Part shown: positions 22,673 through 32,804 of the stretch, in pieces
Layout: each line of letters opens with the position of its first letter
Position numbering within the stretch: position 1 is the first letter of the stretch
From: an uncultured Bacilli bacterium
GTDB taxonomy: Bacteria > Bacillota_I > Bacilli_A > RF39 > UBA660
NCBI GenBank assembly: GCA_947628445.1
Contig: CANQZX010000001.1
Coordinates: forward strand, 1 to 34,594
DNA: 34,594 nt
Reading direction: 5' to 3'
The notes under the pieces: model-generated
The model's database searches: none
What the model was told of the DNA's origin: nothing
What the model saw: only the letters and a program-made list of their open reading frames with translations
Translations under genes and position numbers: made by a program

Positions 22673-25600
22673 TTTTGACTAATTTTTTGATAATATTGAT
22701 ATCTTTTTTGGGCATTGGCTTTTTGACCTGCCAAAACTTGGGCGGCTAAATCTGGATCTTTAATTTTTAAAGCATTAAAGCGAACTTCATTAGCCAAAAA
22801 CGCTTCATATAAATCAAAGTTTGGTTCACTACTATCCAAAGTTAATTTTTGGCCATCATAACGCATTAATAATTGGTAACCACAACTAACCGCTAATTTT
22901 TGTTCAACTAAACTATTATTCATGCCTCCCTTAATGCCATGTTCAATACAAGTTGCATAGGCAATGACAATGGCTGGTCCTTCATGTTTGTCGGCTTCTT
23001 CTAAGGCCTTGATGGCTTGCATCATATTGCCGCCCAGACAAATACTCGCCACATAGCAATTCGGAATACTAGTAGCAATTCGGAATAAATCTTTTTTGGC
23101 AGTTTTCTTACCAAAGTTAGCAAATTCCGCAACTGCACCTAATTTCGTGGCCTTGCTGGCTTGACCACCAGTATTAGAATAAACCTCGGTATCTAAAACT
23201 AAAACTTTAATATTTTCATTAGTATGCAAGACATGATCCAAACCACCATAACCGATATCATAAGCCCAACCATCACCACCGATAGCCCAAACTGTCCGAG
23301 CCGGCACATAAGGTAGTAAGTCATGTAATTCTTTGGGAATAACTTTATCTTGTAAGCCCTTTTTAACTTTTTGGGTTACTTTTAAATCATTGGGTTGGTC
23401 TAAATATTCTTTAAATAAACTTTGGGTTTCTAAATCCACTGATTCCAATGCTTCTTGCATAATCTTAGCAATCCGTTCTCTTTTTTGTTTATAAGATAAG
23501 TGAATACCTAAGGCAAACTCAGCATTATCTTCAAATAAAGAGTTAGCCCACGGAATACTGTAAGGTGTTGATGGTACACTACCACCATAAATACTCGAAC
23601 AACCGGTAGCATTAGCAATGACTAATTTTTCGCCAAAGAGTTGCGTTAATAATTTGATATATGGCGTTTCCCCACAACCCGCACAAGCACCACTAAACTC
23701 AAACAATGGTTTTTCTAATTGACTACCTTTAATCGTAAATTTATTTAACGGATTTTCTTTTAACGGAAGACGGGCAAAATCAACATCGTTTTTGGTAATC
23801 TTTTGCACCATTTGTAAGGCCTTGTTGCCACCTTTACCTGGACAGATGCTCAAACAAACACCACAACCCGTACAATCTTTTTCACTAATCACAATTTCGT
23901 ATTTTAAATCTTCATGACCCATCAAAGGTAATCCCTGGGTATCATTTAAAATAGGTCGAATAACGGCATGAGGACAAGCCAAAGCACACATCCCACATTG
24001 AATGCAATTTTCTGACAACCATTCCGGTACCAGAGTTGATATATCGCGTTTTTCGTATTTAGTTAACCCATTAGGCCATGCCCCTTGAGCAAAAGGCACT
24101 AACTTACTAACAGGTAATTCGCTACCTTTCCGTGAATTAATCATAGCCATAATACTTTGATCTTCTTTTGGCTCTTCGACCTTTTCAATTACATTAATCT
24201 TTAATTCTTTAATACTAGATAAGGCCTTTTCCACTGCCTTAATATTACTTTCAATTACCTCATTACCTTTTTCCACGAACTCTTGCTTAATCCATTTTTT
24301 AACAATATTCAAGGCCTCCGGTATGCCCAATAAATATAGAATAATCGTTTCCATAATTTTATTAATTTTACCTTTAATACCGGCTTCTAAAGCAATATTT
24401 TCGGCATCAATATATAATACTTTGATATTTTTATCTTTTATAATTTGTTTTACTTTATTCGGTAATAAGGTATACAATTGTTCCGCATTTTTAATTGTGG
24501 CGATTAATAAAGTTCCGTTTTCTTGAATGTTATCGATGATATCAAAAAGGCGAAAATAAACATCTTTGGTCACGACTACTAATTCGGGATTTGTCACATA
24601 ATAAGGGGCATTAATTTTGGTATCCGCGATTCGTAAGTTGGAAGCCGTTACACCCCCACTTTTTTTGGAATCATATTCAAAATATCCTTGAACATATTTA
24701 TTTTGAACATCATGTAAGATTTTTAAAATTTCTTTACTGGCACTTACCATTCCATCCGAACCAAAACCAAAGATTTTTATTTCTTGAGCAATAGGTGGTA
24801 ATTTTATTTCAGCAGGCGGTAAGCTTAAATTTGTCACATCATCCTTTATTCCAATCGTAAAGTTTTCTTGAAGATTACCATCAAGCATTTGATAAACGCT
24901 ATAAATATCACTTGGCGTAGTATTTTTGCTAGACAAACCAAAGCGGCCTCCCACAATATTAATCGCGCGATTTTTTAAAGCCGCACAAACATCTAAATAT
25001 AAGGGCTCGCCTTCACTACCGGCTTCTTTGGTCCGGTCCAATACCGCAATATTTTTTACGGTCTTTGGTAAAACATCAAGTAAGTATTTAGCACTAAAAG
25101 GCCGATACAAGTGAACCTCAACTAAACCAGCATGGGGAGTAACGTTTAGGACTTGTTTAATGATATCAGTTACACTGCCCATCGCGATGATAACATTTGT
25201 TGCTGCAGCATCCCCATAGTAATTAAAGGGCTTATAATCCCGATTAGTTAGCTTATTTATTTCTTGCATGTAATCATTAACAATATCCGGCATGGCATTA
25301 TAGATTTCATTACGGGCTTCCATTGTTTGAAAATAAATATCTTCATTTTGATTCATCCCGTATTGAATGTTGGCCTCGACATTTAAACACCGATTTTTAT
25401 ATTTTTCAAGCATTTCATGATCAACTAATTTTAATAAATCTTCATCTTTTAATTCGGGAATCGTATTAAGTTCATGACTAGTCCGAAAACCATCAAAAAA
25501 ATGAAGAAAGGGTAATGAGCCCTTAATCGCGGCTAAATGGGCAACGGCCGCTAAATTTTGGGCATCTTCCACACTTGATGAGGCCAGCATACAAAAACCC

Positions 25601-25998
25601 GTGGCCCGACAAGCATAAATATCTTGATGATCCCCAAAAATGGATAAAGCATGCGTTGCTAAACTCCGACTTGCCACATGGATAACCCCCGGCAACATTT
25701 CGCCCGCGATTTTATACATGTTAGGAATCATTAAAAGTAGTCCTTGACTAGCCGTAAAAGTAGTGGCTAAACTGCCACTTAACAGAGCGCCATGCAAAGC
25801 TCCCGCAGCCCCGGCTTCAGATTCCATTTCCATCACCCGCGGAACATCATTAAATAAGTTTAATAAACCACTGGTTGTTAATAAATCAATATTCGAAGCC
25901 ATTGGACTAGATGGCGTAATCGGATAAATACTACATACCTCACTAAAAAGATATGCAATCCGGCTACAAGCCCCATTACCATCAACGATTTTGCTCAT
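22657..25998 (-). CDS. nifJ: pyruvate:ferredoxin (flavodoxin) oxidoreductase
   Basis: Two ferredoxin-type clusters, CIQCGMCALACP and CTGCGVCLSICP, are present. A TPP-binding region GGDGWAYDIGYGGLDH is present. The whole ~1100-aa domain order is as expected. The ATG at 25998 follows AGGTGA. Confidence 0.9.
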   Translation of the reverse strand: MSKIVDGNGACSRIAYLFSEVCSIYPITPSSPMASNIDLLTTSGLLNLFNDVPRVMEMESEAGAAGALHGALLSGSLATTFTASQGLLLMIPNMYKIAGEMLPGVIHVASRSLATHALSIFGDHQDIYACRATGFCMLASSSVEDAQNLAAVAHLAAIKGSLPFLHFFDGFRTSHELNTIPELKDEDLLKLVDHEMLEKYKNRCLNVEANIQYGMNQNEDIYFQTMEARNEIYNAMPDIVNDYMQEINKLTNRDYKPFNYYGDAAATNVIIAMGSVTDIIKQVLNVTPHAGLVEVHLYRPFSAKYLLDVLPKTVKNIAVLDRTKEAGSEGEPLYLDVCAALKNRAINIVGGRFGLSSKNTTPSDIYSVYQMLDGNLQENFTIGIKDDVTNLSLPPAEIKLPPIAQEIKIFGFGSDGMVSASKEILKILHDVQNKYVQGYFEYDSKKSGGVTASNLRIADTKINAPYYVTNPELVVVTKDVYFRLFDIIDNIQENGTLLIATIKNAEQLYTLLPNKVKQIIKDKNIKVLYIDAENIALEAGIKGKINKIMETIILYLLGIPEALNIVKKWIKQEFVEKGNEVIESNIKAVEKALSSIKELKINVIEKVEEPKEDQSIMAMINSRKGSELPVSKLVPFAQGAWPNGLTKYEKRDISTLVPEWLSENCIQCGMCALACPHAVIRPILNDTQGLPLMGHEDLKYEIVISEKDCTGCGVCLSICPGKGGNKALQMVQKITKNDVDFARLPLKENPLNKFTIKGSQLEKPLFEFSGACAGCGETPYIKLLTQLFGEKLVIANATGCSSIYGGSVPSTPYSIPWANSLFEDNAEFALGIHLSYKQKRERIAKIMQEALESVDLETQSLFKEYLDQPNDLKVTQKVKKGLQDKVIPKELHDLLPYVPARTVWAIGGDGWAYDIGYGGLDHVLHTNENIKVLVLDTEVYSNTGGQASKATKLGAVAEFANFGKKTAKKDLFRIATSIPNCYVASICLGGNMMQAIKALEEADKHEGPAIVIAYATCIEHGIKGGMNNSLVEQKLAVSCGYQLLMRYDGQKLTLDSSEPNFDLYEAFLANEVRFNALKIKDPDLAAQVLAGQKANAQKRYQYYQKISQNEKAA

Positions 25999-26071
25999 TA
26001 TCATCACCTAGTATAATTATAAAATAAATTTAAATTATTTACTAGTAAAAAGGAGCTATATTAAAGGAATT

Positions 26072-26098
26072 AAAAAACATTCCTTACGGAACATTTTT
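26072..26098 (-). terminator. strand-specific intrinsic terminator
   Basis: Minus-strand RNA reads AAAAUGUUCC-GUAA-GGAAUGUUUU, with two G-U pairs that would be A-C mismatches on the other strand, followed by a U run. Confidence 0.55.
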
Positions 26099-26528
26099 AT
26101 AAATATTTTTTAAGTATTTCCACAGTTTTTTCTTGCATGGTGACATAATCGCTCACAATGAATTCAATTTCTTCATCTATTTTCTTTTTATTTAAGATTT
26201 TTCTCCCCTCTATTATGCCCATGTTAACCCCTTGCAATAATAATTCAGCCAGTTTCGAATTACTATCATCATTCATGGTTTTCATCTCTATTCCTGACCA
26301 GGTCATTGCTTTATTCATCAGATTTGTACTATGGGGTTTACCTTCGTTATATTTCGGATAAATCTCATTTATTTTTTTGGCAATATCTTGATAACTATGG
26401 AGTTGTTTGGTTAAAACTTGTTTTAGATCTTTAGCTTTCACTTTTTCTAAAATCATTGATACCGCATCAATACCCATCGTCGCACCCTTATGGATTTCAT
26501 CTAAAGCATTTATATTATCTTTTTTCAT
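26097..26528 (-). CDS. small helical protein, possibly ferritin-like/DUF2383-like four-helix bundle
   Basis: 143 aa, predicted all-helical. The family assignment comes from a weak resemblance in memory only. Confidence 0.5.
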   Translation of the reverse strand: MKKDNINALDEIHKGATMGIDAVSMILEKVKAKDLKQVLTKQLHSYQDIAKKINEIYPKYNEGKPHSTNLMNKAMTWSGIEMKTMNDDSNSKLAELLLQGVNMGIIEGRKILNKKKIDEEIEFIVSDYVTMQEKTVEILKKYL

Positions 26529-26530
26529 AA

Positions 26531-26560
26531 AAAATCACCATTATTATGATGGTGATTTTG
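26531..26560 (-). terminator. enolase terminator whose 3' arm contains the RBS of the next gene
   Basis: Minus strand reads AAAATCACCAT-CATAATA-ATGGTGATTTT, then TT, then the ATG at 26528. Confidence 0.6.
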
Positions 26561-26574
26561 GAATAAATAATACC

Positions 26575-27807
26575 TTATTTTTTTTGAATCTTTTCTTCAA
26601 TGCGCATTAATTGGTTATATTTAGCGATTCTTTCTCCCCGACACATCGAACCGGTTTTAATAAACGGAATATTTAGCCCAACGGCAAAATCAGCAATGAA
26701 AGTATCTTCCGTTTCGCCACTGCGGTGGGAAATAATCGTCCGATAATTATTCTTTTTAGCCATCAGAATTGTGGCAATCATTTCAGATACCGTTCCAATT
26801 TGATTGGCTTTTAAAAGGATCGCATTGCCAGCCCCCATTTCAATTCCTTGGGCTAAATATTTTTTATTAGTAACAAAATAATCATCACCCACGAGCATAA
26901 TATTATTACCAAGTATTTTGGTTAAGTTAGCCAAAGCTGCAAAATCATTTTCGTAAAAAGGATCTTCAATACTAATTAAAGGATATTCTTGGGTTAACGA
27001 AATATAGTATTGGGTTAATTCTTCGGTCGTTATTTCTTTACCATCCAATGTATATTTTTGCGTAGTTGGATTATAAAACTCACTCGCCGCAGCATCAATG
27101 CCTAAAAAAACCTCTTGACCCGGCGTATAGCCAGCTTCTTTAACCGCGGTAATTATTAAATCAAAGGCCTCACGATTGTTTTTTAAATTAGGCGCAAAGC
27201 CCCCTTCATCACCAACTCCCGCATTAAGGTTCTGCCGCGTAATAATTTGTTTTAAATGATGGAATACCTCAGAAGCCACCCGAATCCGTTCCTTAATTGT
27301 TTTGACCACTGGAATAATCATAAACTCTTGAATATCTAAATTATTAGCCGCATGTTTACCACCATTAATAATATTAATCATGGGAATTGGTAAAGATACT
27401 TTACCACTAGCAATATATTCATATAATTCTTTATGTTCAATTTGGGCTAAAGTTTTTAAACTGGCTAGAGAAACGGCTAATGTCGCATTAGCCCCCAAAT
27501 GGGTTTTATTTTCAGTACCATCTAATTCTAATAAGATTTTATCAATTTCACTTTGGTTTAAATTTTTTCCAATTAAAGCCGGTTTAATTATTTCTTCCAC
27601 ATTTTTAACGGCTTGCTCAACACCTTTACCTAAATAACGCTTGGTATCATTATCGCGCAGTTCTAAGGCCTCTCTGCTGCCGGTTGATGCTCCACTAGGA
27701 ACACTGGCTCTGCCCATGATACCACCTTCCGCTACTAAATCTACCTCAATGGTAGGATTACCGCGACTATCTAAAATTTCCCGGGCTTTAAGATCAATTA
27801 TTTTCAT
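26575..27807 (-). CDS. eno: enolase (phosphopyruvate hydratase)
   Basis: The N terminus is AREILDSRGNPTIEVD. Also present are SHRSGETEDTFIADFAV and a C-terminal RIAKYNQLMRIEE. Confidence 0.95.
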   Translation of the reverse strand: MKIIDLKAREILDSRGNPTIEVDLVAEGGIMGRASVPSGASTGSREALELRDNDTKRYLGKGVEQAVKNVEEIIKPALIGKNLNQSEIDKILLELDGTENKTHLGANATLAVSLASLKTLAQIEHKELYEYIASGKVSLPIPMINIINGGKHAANNLDIQEFMIIPVVKTIKERIRVASEVFHHLKQIITRQNLNAGVGDEGGFAPNLKNNREAFDLIITAVKEAGYTPGQEVFLGIDAAASEFYNPTTQKYTLDGKEITTEELTQYYISLTQEYPLISIEDPFYENDFAALANLTKILGNNIMLVGDDYFVTNKKYLAQGIEMGAGNAILLKANQIGTVSEMIATILMAKKNNYRTIISHRSGETEDTFIADFAVGLNIPFIKTGSMCRGERIAKYNQLMRIEEKIQKK

Positions 27808-27860
27808 CTAATCAACTCCTACTATTAATAGTATAACCAATTACCAATCTTTTCGCAAAT

Positions 27861-27887
27861 AAAAAGGTAGCATTTGCTACCAAAAAA
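27861..27887 (-). terminator. intrinsic terminator after the DUF308 gene
   Basis: GGTAGC-AAAT-GCTACC followed by TTTTT on the minus strand. The stop codon lies within the stem. Confidence 0.55.
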
Positions 27888-28464
27888 TATCCATTATTTC
27901 TTTTGTCCGTTTTTTAAACATAATCGTGTTGCTGAAATCCATAACGGCATTAATCATTAAGAACGCTCCGGCAATCTTCGTTAAAGTTAGAACCCGGGCA
28001 AATGGATCAACTAATAATAAAATACCAAAGACAATTAATAAAATACCCGTTACTAAAGTTACTAACCAAGAATCTTCACTACCTCTTTTAAACCAAAAAG
28101 CATAGTCAATTTTCATGGCCCCTTTAACAATTAAATAAAGGCCTAAGCAAATAGTAACAAAACTCATAACTTTATAAGGATAAATAATTAATATTAAACC
28201 TAAAAGAAAATAAAATACGGCAAAAACAATACTTAAAGCAAAAAGCTTGGCGCCATCTCTTTTTAAATAATTATATAAAGAGCTCGCCCCACTGCCAATA
28301 CAACTAATACCAATCAAGGCCCCTACAATCCGATTAGATACATCTGGTAAAAAAACTAAAACTAAACCGATTATAAAAGTTATGATTGCTGCTCCTAAAG
28401 AATAATTAACAAATCTTTGATAAACATTTTTAATACTTTTTTTAAATGGTGTCCTAGCCATCAT
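27877..28464 (-). CDS. HdeD/DUF308 family membrane protein
   Basis: Six hydrophobic segments with repeated G-x-x-x-[IL]-x-x-G-[IL]-x-[LS]-[IL] patterns (GALIGISCIGSG, GILLIVFGILLLVDPF). Confidence 0.6.
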   Translation of the reverse strand: MMARTPFKKSIKNVYQRFVNYSLGAAIITFIIGLVLVFLPDVSNRIVGALIGISCIGSGASSLYNYLKRDGAKLFALSIVFAVFYFLLGLILIIYPYKVMSFVTICLGLYLIVKGAMKIDYAFWFKRGSEDSWLVTLVTGILLIVFGILLLVDPFARVLTLTKIAGAFLMINAVMDFSNTIMFKKRTKEIMDIFW

Positions 28465-28551
28465 ATCACTCCTTCGAAGAGATTATACCAAACCTTGTCA
28501 AAATTATCAAGATTATGGTATAATATTTCCCTTAAAGGCGGTGAAAAAAGA

Positions 28552-29781
28552 ATGAATATTAGACCCTTAACAATTGATGAATTTAATGCTTTTGTCAAAA
28601 ACCATCCCCTTAGGAGTTACTACCAAAGTTTAAATTATGCTAAACTCCAAGCTGAACAGGGTTATGAATATGAATTTATTGGTTATTGTGAAAATTCTTC
28701 AATTTTAGCCGCATCCCTTATTCTTTATAAAAAAATTAAAAATACTTATTATGGCTATGCCCCACGAGGTTTTTTAATTGATTATACTAATTTATTCTTT
28801 TTAAAAAATTTTACCTTACAATTAACTGCTTATTATAAAAAACGGAACTTTGCTTTTATTAAAATTAATCCCGAAATTGCCATCGCGATGTTAAATCCGC
28901 AAACAAAAAATTTTGAATATAATTCAAATTATGGCATTATTGAAAATCTCCTTAAATGTGGTTATAAAAAATTAAAATCGAATCTTAATTTTGAAACTTT
29001 ATTACCACGATTTACGGCTATCCTACCCTTTGCTAATTTTAGTTTAGCTAATGTTACGAAAAATACCCGAAATAAAATAAAAAAAGGGATCCGGAAAGGA
29101 TTAAAGTTAGAACCCGCGGATAAGTTTGGAATTGAACTTTTCTATAATTTAGTAGCTGATAAAGTAGATAAAGATCGGTTTTACTATAACGATAAGTTTA
29201 ATATTTTTAATCAAGAAGATGCCATTGATTTATTCTTAGTTTCGATTGATTACAAAGAGTTTTTGCTTAATAGTCAGGCCTTGTATGAACAAGAATTACT
29301 TAAAAATAATGAATTAGCCGAAAAAATATCGGCTAAAAACGAAAGTAATCGGATTAATAAAAAAATGAATTCCGATAAACAATTATTAATTTTAAAAAAT
29401 GAAATTGCGGAAGCCAGTAAAAAAATCAATGATAATTCCCTAAAAGAATATATTGCTGCGGCAACTGTTATAAAATACGATAATCGAATTAAAATTGATG
29501 TGACAGGTTTTAATCCGCAATATAAAAAGTTTGCTCCCAATTATTTTTTACATTATGCCATTTTAGAATATTATAAAAATGATTATAAATATGCGGAATT
29601 AAATGGAGTATCCGGTAATCTTGCCAAAGATAGTGAGTATTATGGCTTAACCCGATTTAAAATGGGCTTTAAACCAACTATTTACGAATATATTGGCGAA
29701 TTTGATTTACCAATTGATAATTTAAAATATCAACTCCTTTTAAAAAGTGGGGCCTTGGCCAAAGAGTTTGATAAAGAGTAA
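28552..29781 (+). CDS. FemAB-family peptidoglycan interpeptide-bridge aminoacyltransferase
   Basis: The ATG at 28552 gives MNIRPLTIDEFNAFV...SYYQSLNYAKL, a typical Fem N terminus. A central coiled-coil insertion and a C-terminal GLTRFKMGF motif are present. The ORF-track upstream extension overlaps the divergent gene. Confidence 0.7.
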   Translation: MNIRPLTIDEFNAFVKNHPLRSYYQSLNYAKLQAEQGYEYEFIGYCENSSILAASLILYKKIKNTYYGYAPRGFLIDYTNLFFLKNFTLQLTAYYKKRNFAFIKINPEIAIAMLNPQTKNFEYNSNYGIIENLLKCGYKKLKSNLNFETLLPRFTAILPFANFSLANVTKNTRNKIKKGIRKGLKLEPADKFGIELFYNLVADKVDKDRFYYNDKFNIFNQEDAIDLFLVSIDYKEFLLNSQALYEQELLKNNELAEKISAKNESNRINKKMNSDKQLLILKNEIAEASKKINDNSLKEYIAAATVIKYDNRIKIDVTGFNPQYKKFAPNYFLHYAILEYYKNDYKYAELNGVSGNLAKDSEYYGLTRFKMGFKPTIYEYIGEFDLPIDNLKYQLLLKSGALAKEFDKE

Positions 29782-29783
29782 AG

Positions 29784-29812
29784 AAAAAAGGAAATCGTTG
29801 GTTTCCTTTTTT
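29784..29812. terminator. bidirectional terminator between convergent fem-like and htrA genes
   Basis: AAAAAAGGAAA-TCGTTGG-TTTCCTTTTTT. Confidence 0.65.
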
Positions 29813-30911
29813 AACTGGTTGCTAAGTTTGTTTTAAGTTTAACATTAGCGGTCTTGGCTTCACCATTACGGTAGAATGTAATTTTAATCGTATCGCCAAT
29901 TTCATAGTTATACAAAGCATATCTTAAATAAGCAATATTATTGGTATCGGTATCATCAATTTTGGTAATGATATCACCGGCTTTAAGACCAGCTTTATCC
30001 GCGGGACTGTCTTCTTCTACTTTCGTAATCGCTACCCCTGAGGTTAAATTACCTTTCCGAATATTTTCGTTAAATTGAGGATAGTAATAAGCAGAAGCCA
30101 AGTTCAACATATTAATACCTAAATAAGGAGTTTCATTTATTTTACCAGAGATTATATCTTCAGCGGTTTTTAAGGCCTTTTCAATTGGAATAGCAAAGCC
30201 CATGCCTTCAACCCCACTACTAACAAGTTTTAGGGAGGTAATACCTACAACTTCGCCATTTGCATTGCAAAGTGGTCCCCCACTGTTGCCGGCATTAATC
30301 GCCGTATCGGTTTGAATTGCTTCCATAACATAATCAGCAGAATTACTATTACTTAAAGCGACTTCCACCATCCGGTCTTTACCAGAAATAATACCTCTAG
30401 TAACTGTCCAAGAATATGCATTATCTAAAGGAGCACCAACGGCAAAGGATGTATCACCTACTCTTAAATCTGCACTTTTACCAATGCTGGCAATCGCATA
30501 ATCATCTTTGCTTTCAAAAGATAAAACAGCAATATCGGCATATTGATTAGAACCTACTATTTTAGTTTCGACAATCTTTTTATCAGTGAAAGTAACGTTA
30601 ACTTTATTACCATCCGCAATAACATGGTAGTTAGTTAATAAATAATAGGTATCGTTACTTTTAGTATAAATAAATCCGGTTCCTGAGGCCACAGCTGTAT
30701 TATCTTCATAAGTGGTTACAATAACAACCGCATCATAAATTTTTTCAACAGCATCGGCAATTCCTTCATCAGTTACCGTAACATCTTTTTCTAATTTGGT
30801 CACATTTTCGGTCACCGTTGCAGGAAAATAATAAACTACCCCATACATGGCCAAACAACCAAGAAAGAAAACAATTAAATATAAACAAGCTTTTTTAAAA
30901 TTATTATTCAT
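29811..30911 (-). CDS. htrA: HtrA/DegP-family serine protease (TM anchor, trypsin-like domain, PDZ)
   Basis: Catalytic triad contexts NYHVI, DIAVL and GNSGGPL. C-terminal PDZ (GVAITKVEEDSPADKAGLKAGDIITKID). Confidence 0.9.
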   Translation of the reverse strand: MNNNFKKACLYLIVFFLGCLAMYGVVYYFPATVTENVTKLEKDVTVTDEGIADAVEKIYDAVVIVTTYEDNTAVASGTGFIYTKSNDTYYLLTNYHVIADGNKVNVTFTDKKIVETKIVGSNQYADIAVLSFESKDDYAIASIGKSADLRVGDTSFAVGAPLDNAYSWTVTRGIISGKDRMVEVALSNSNSADYVMEAIQTDTAINAGNSGGPLCNANGEVVGITSLKLVSSGVEGMGFAIPIEKALKTAEDIISGKINETPYLGINMLNLASAYYYPQFNENIRKGNLTSGVAITKVEEDSPADKAGLKAGDIITKIDDTDTNNIAYLRYALYNYEIGDTIKITFYRNGEAKTANVKLKTNLATS

Positions 30912-30912
30912 T

Positions 30913-31857
30913 TTAATCCATCCTTACTATATCTTTATAATTTTGAGGGAATCCCATTTCTTCTAATATTTTATCAATACTGATGGTTTTTAACCGTCCG
31001 GCTAAAATATCCAATTCGTATTCAATTTCACGCATTAACAAATTGAAATTATCGCGATTTAATAACTGTTTTAACATAATAATTAAAGCAAATAAATCGT
31101 TTTTTCCTTTAACATAACCATCTTCCCCTTGAGGAATATTTAATAAATTATGATATTTTGTATCTTCAATTGCCTTATGCGTTTTATTATTATAACAAAT
31201 ATCTTCATGAGCACATAAGTTCCGATAATTCGCAATTATAGGTAAGTATTCTACCATGCTATAAATATCGCTATTAAATAATTCGGCTATTTCTCTTTGA
31301 TCTTGGGCTTGCAAAACTGTATAAAGTTCACTGACAATCCCAAAGGATAAAACTTTCACCACAACCCAAAGGGGGATATAACCATAATAATCAATAAAGT
31401 GTGCCGTGGCTGTATGTTGCCGCCCATTAATACTAATTTGTCTTTTCATCTTTCGAATTAAGTCATTAACTTGTCTTTTCTTTGTCGGATTTTGGACAAA
31501 ATTTCGCGGATTTAAATAATTATTTTCTTTAAACCCATGATTTTTACTCATAACATATGCCAAAATACTTTTTAAGTTATTTTCCACAATCAAAATATTT
31601 TTAAAAATAATATTTCGGAGTTGCCGATCAAAACTAAAAACCGCATAAATTTCATTGAAATTAGTTCCTGGGATAAATGATTTTTCATATATATCAGATT
31701 TAATAAATAGATGCCGATAACCACTTAAAAAGAAATAGTTTTCCCGTAAAAGAATATTTTTGGCATTATCGATATCATCAATTACTAAACCTTTATTCTT
31801 TAATATTTCAATTTGCTCATCCAATGTCTTAAAGGTTTTTGATTTCACTAGCACCAC
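30913..31857 (-). CDS. Abi_2 (AbiD/AbiF-like) abortive-infection family protein
   Basis: The N terminus FKTLDEQIEILKNKGLVIDDIDNAKNILLRENYFFLSGYRHLF closely follows the Abi_2 family consensus as I remember it. A later LCAHED motif is present. The start may be the GTG at 31851. Confidence 0.75.
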   Translation of the reverse strand: MVLVKSKTFKTLDEQIEILKNKGLVIDDIDNAKNILLRENYFFLSGYRHLFIKSDIYEKSFIPGTNFNEIYAVFSFDRQLRNIIFKNILIVENNLKSILAYVMSKNHGFKENNYLNPRNFVQNPTKKRQVNDLIRKMKRQISINGRQHTATAHFIDYYGYIPLWVVVKVLSFGIVSELYTVLQAQDQREIAELFNSDIYSMVEYLPIIANYRNLCAHEDICYNNKTHKAIEDTKYHNLLNIPQGEDGYVKGKNDLFALIIMLKQLLNRDNFNLLMREIEYELDILAGRLKTISIDKILEEMGFPQNYKDIVRMD

Positions 31858-31921
31858 CTTATTAGTTATTATAGCACAAATAACAAAATTATTAAATTAG
31901 TAATTAAGGTTCTATGTCAAT

Positions 31922-32572
31922 TTAAGTATAATAATTTACGACGGCCTGGGCTATTAAAGATGCCATTTTTTGTTGGTAGTTACTACTAATAAGTAAGTTT
32001 CGTTCACTGGCATTTGATAAAAAACCACATTCAATTAAAACTCCTGGTACCTCCAAATGTTGATACATATAAGTTGAAGACGGAATCTTTTTAATTTCTC
32101 GCGTTCCTTTTAAGTTTTGATTTAAATATTTCTGAATACTTTCCGCCAAGTTTTTATTATCTTTATTATAAAAAACTTGGACTCCCGAATATGCATGATT
32201 GGTTAAATAATTTAAATGAATTGATAAATACATATTGGCTTTACTTTCATTAATAAGTTTAATCCGGTTATCAAAATCACTTTTTTTACGATGATTAGCA
32301 TGTGGCGTACTTAAATCATAATCGCCATCCCGCGTTAGAATAACTGTGGCCCCATATCTACTTAAATATTTTTCTAAGGCCAAACTAATCTTTAAATTAA
32401 TATCTTTTTCATAAATATCGCCATACATAGTGCCCGGATCTTTAAATCCGTGACCGGCATCAACAACAATAATTTTGCCTAATAAAGGCATTTCAGCATA
32501 AGCACTATTTGTCCATGCCAAAATAGATACCACCCCAAAGATAATAAAAATTTTAATATAATAATATTTCAT
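31922..32572 (-). CDS. cwlD: N-acetylmuramoyl-L-alanine amidase, CwlD-like (Amidase_3)
   Basis: N-terminal anchor, VVDAGHGFKDPG, DINLKISL, LTRDGD and YLSIHLN motifs. The size fits CwlD, but a sporulation role is not proven. Confidence 0.65.
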   Translation of the reverse strand: MKYYYIKIFIIFGVVSILAWTNSAYAEMPLLGKIIVVDAGHGFKDPGTMYGDIYEKDINLKISLALEKYLSRYGATVILTRDGDYDLSTPHANHRKKSDFDNRIKLINESKANMYLSIHLNYLTNHAYSGVQVFYNKDNKNLAESIQKYLNQNLKGTREIKKIPSSTYMYQHLEVPGVLIECGFLSNASERNLLISSNYQQKMASLIAQAVVNYYT

Positions 32573-32804
32573 ACTAAATTATATTAAAATAAATAATTTA
32601 ATATTTTTAAAATTAATCTTTTCTAAAATTATACATTTTCTTTAGATCCTCTAATATTTCGTATACTATAGGACAAACTTTACTATTATTAACTACGGTT
32701 AGTAAACTATATAATCTTTCTTTTTTATTTGTATAAAGGGTAATCTTGGCAAGACTTTGGTAAACATTCCCATTTACTGACCTTTAAATTATCAACTTAA
32801 TTAA

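Noticed and set aside
32690-32775. 25-codon minus-strand ORF (MGMFTKVLPRLPFIQIKKKDYIVY) in the cwlD upstream region
   Set aside because: It has no RBS and no conservation I can judge, and it is too short to support. The 230-nt region is more simply the cwlD promoter and leader.
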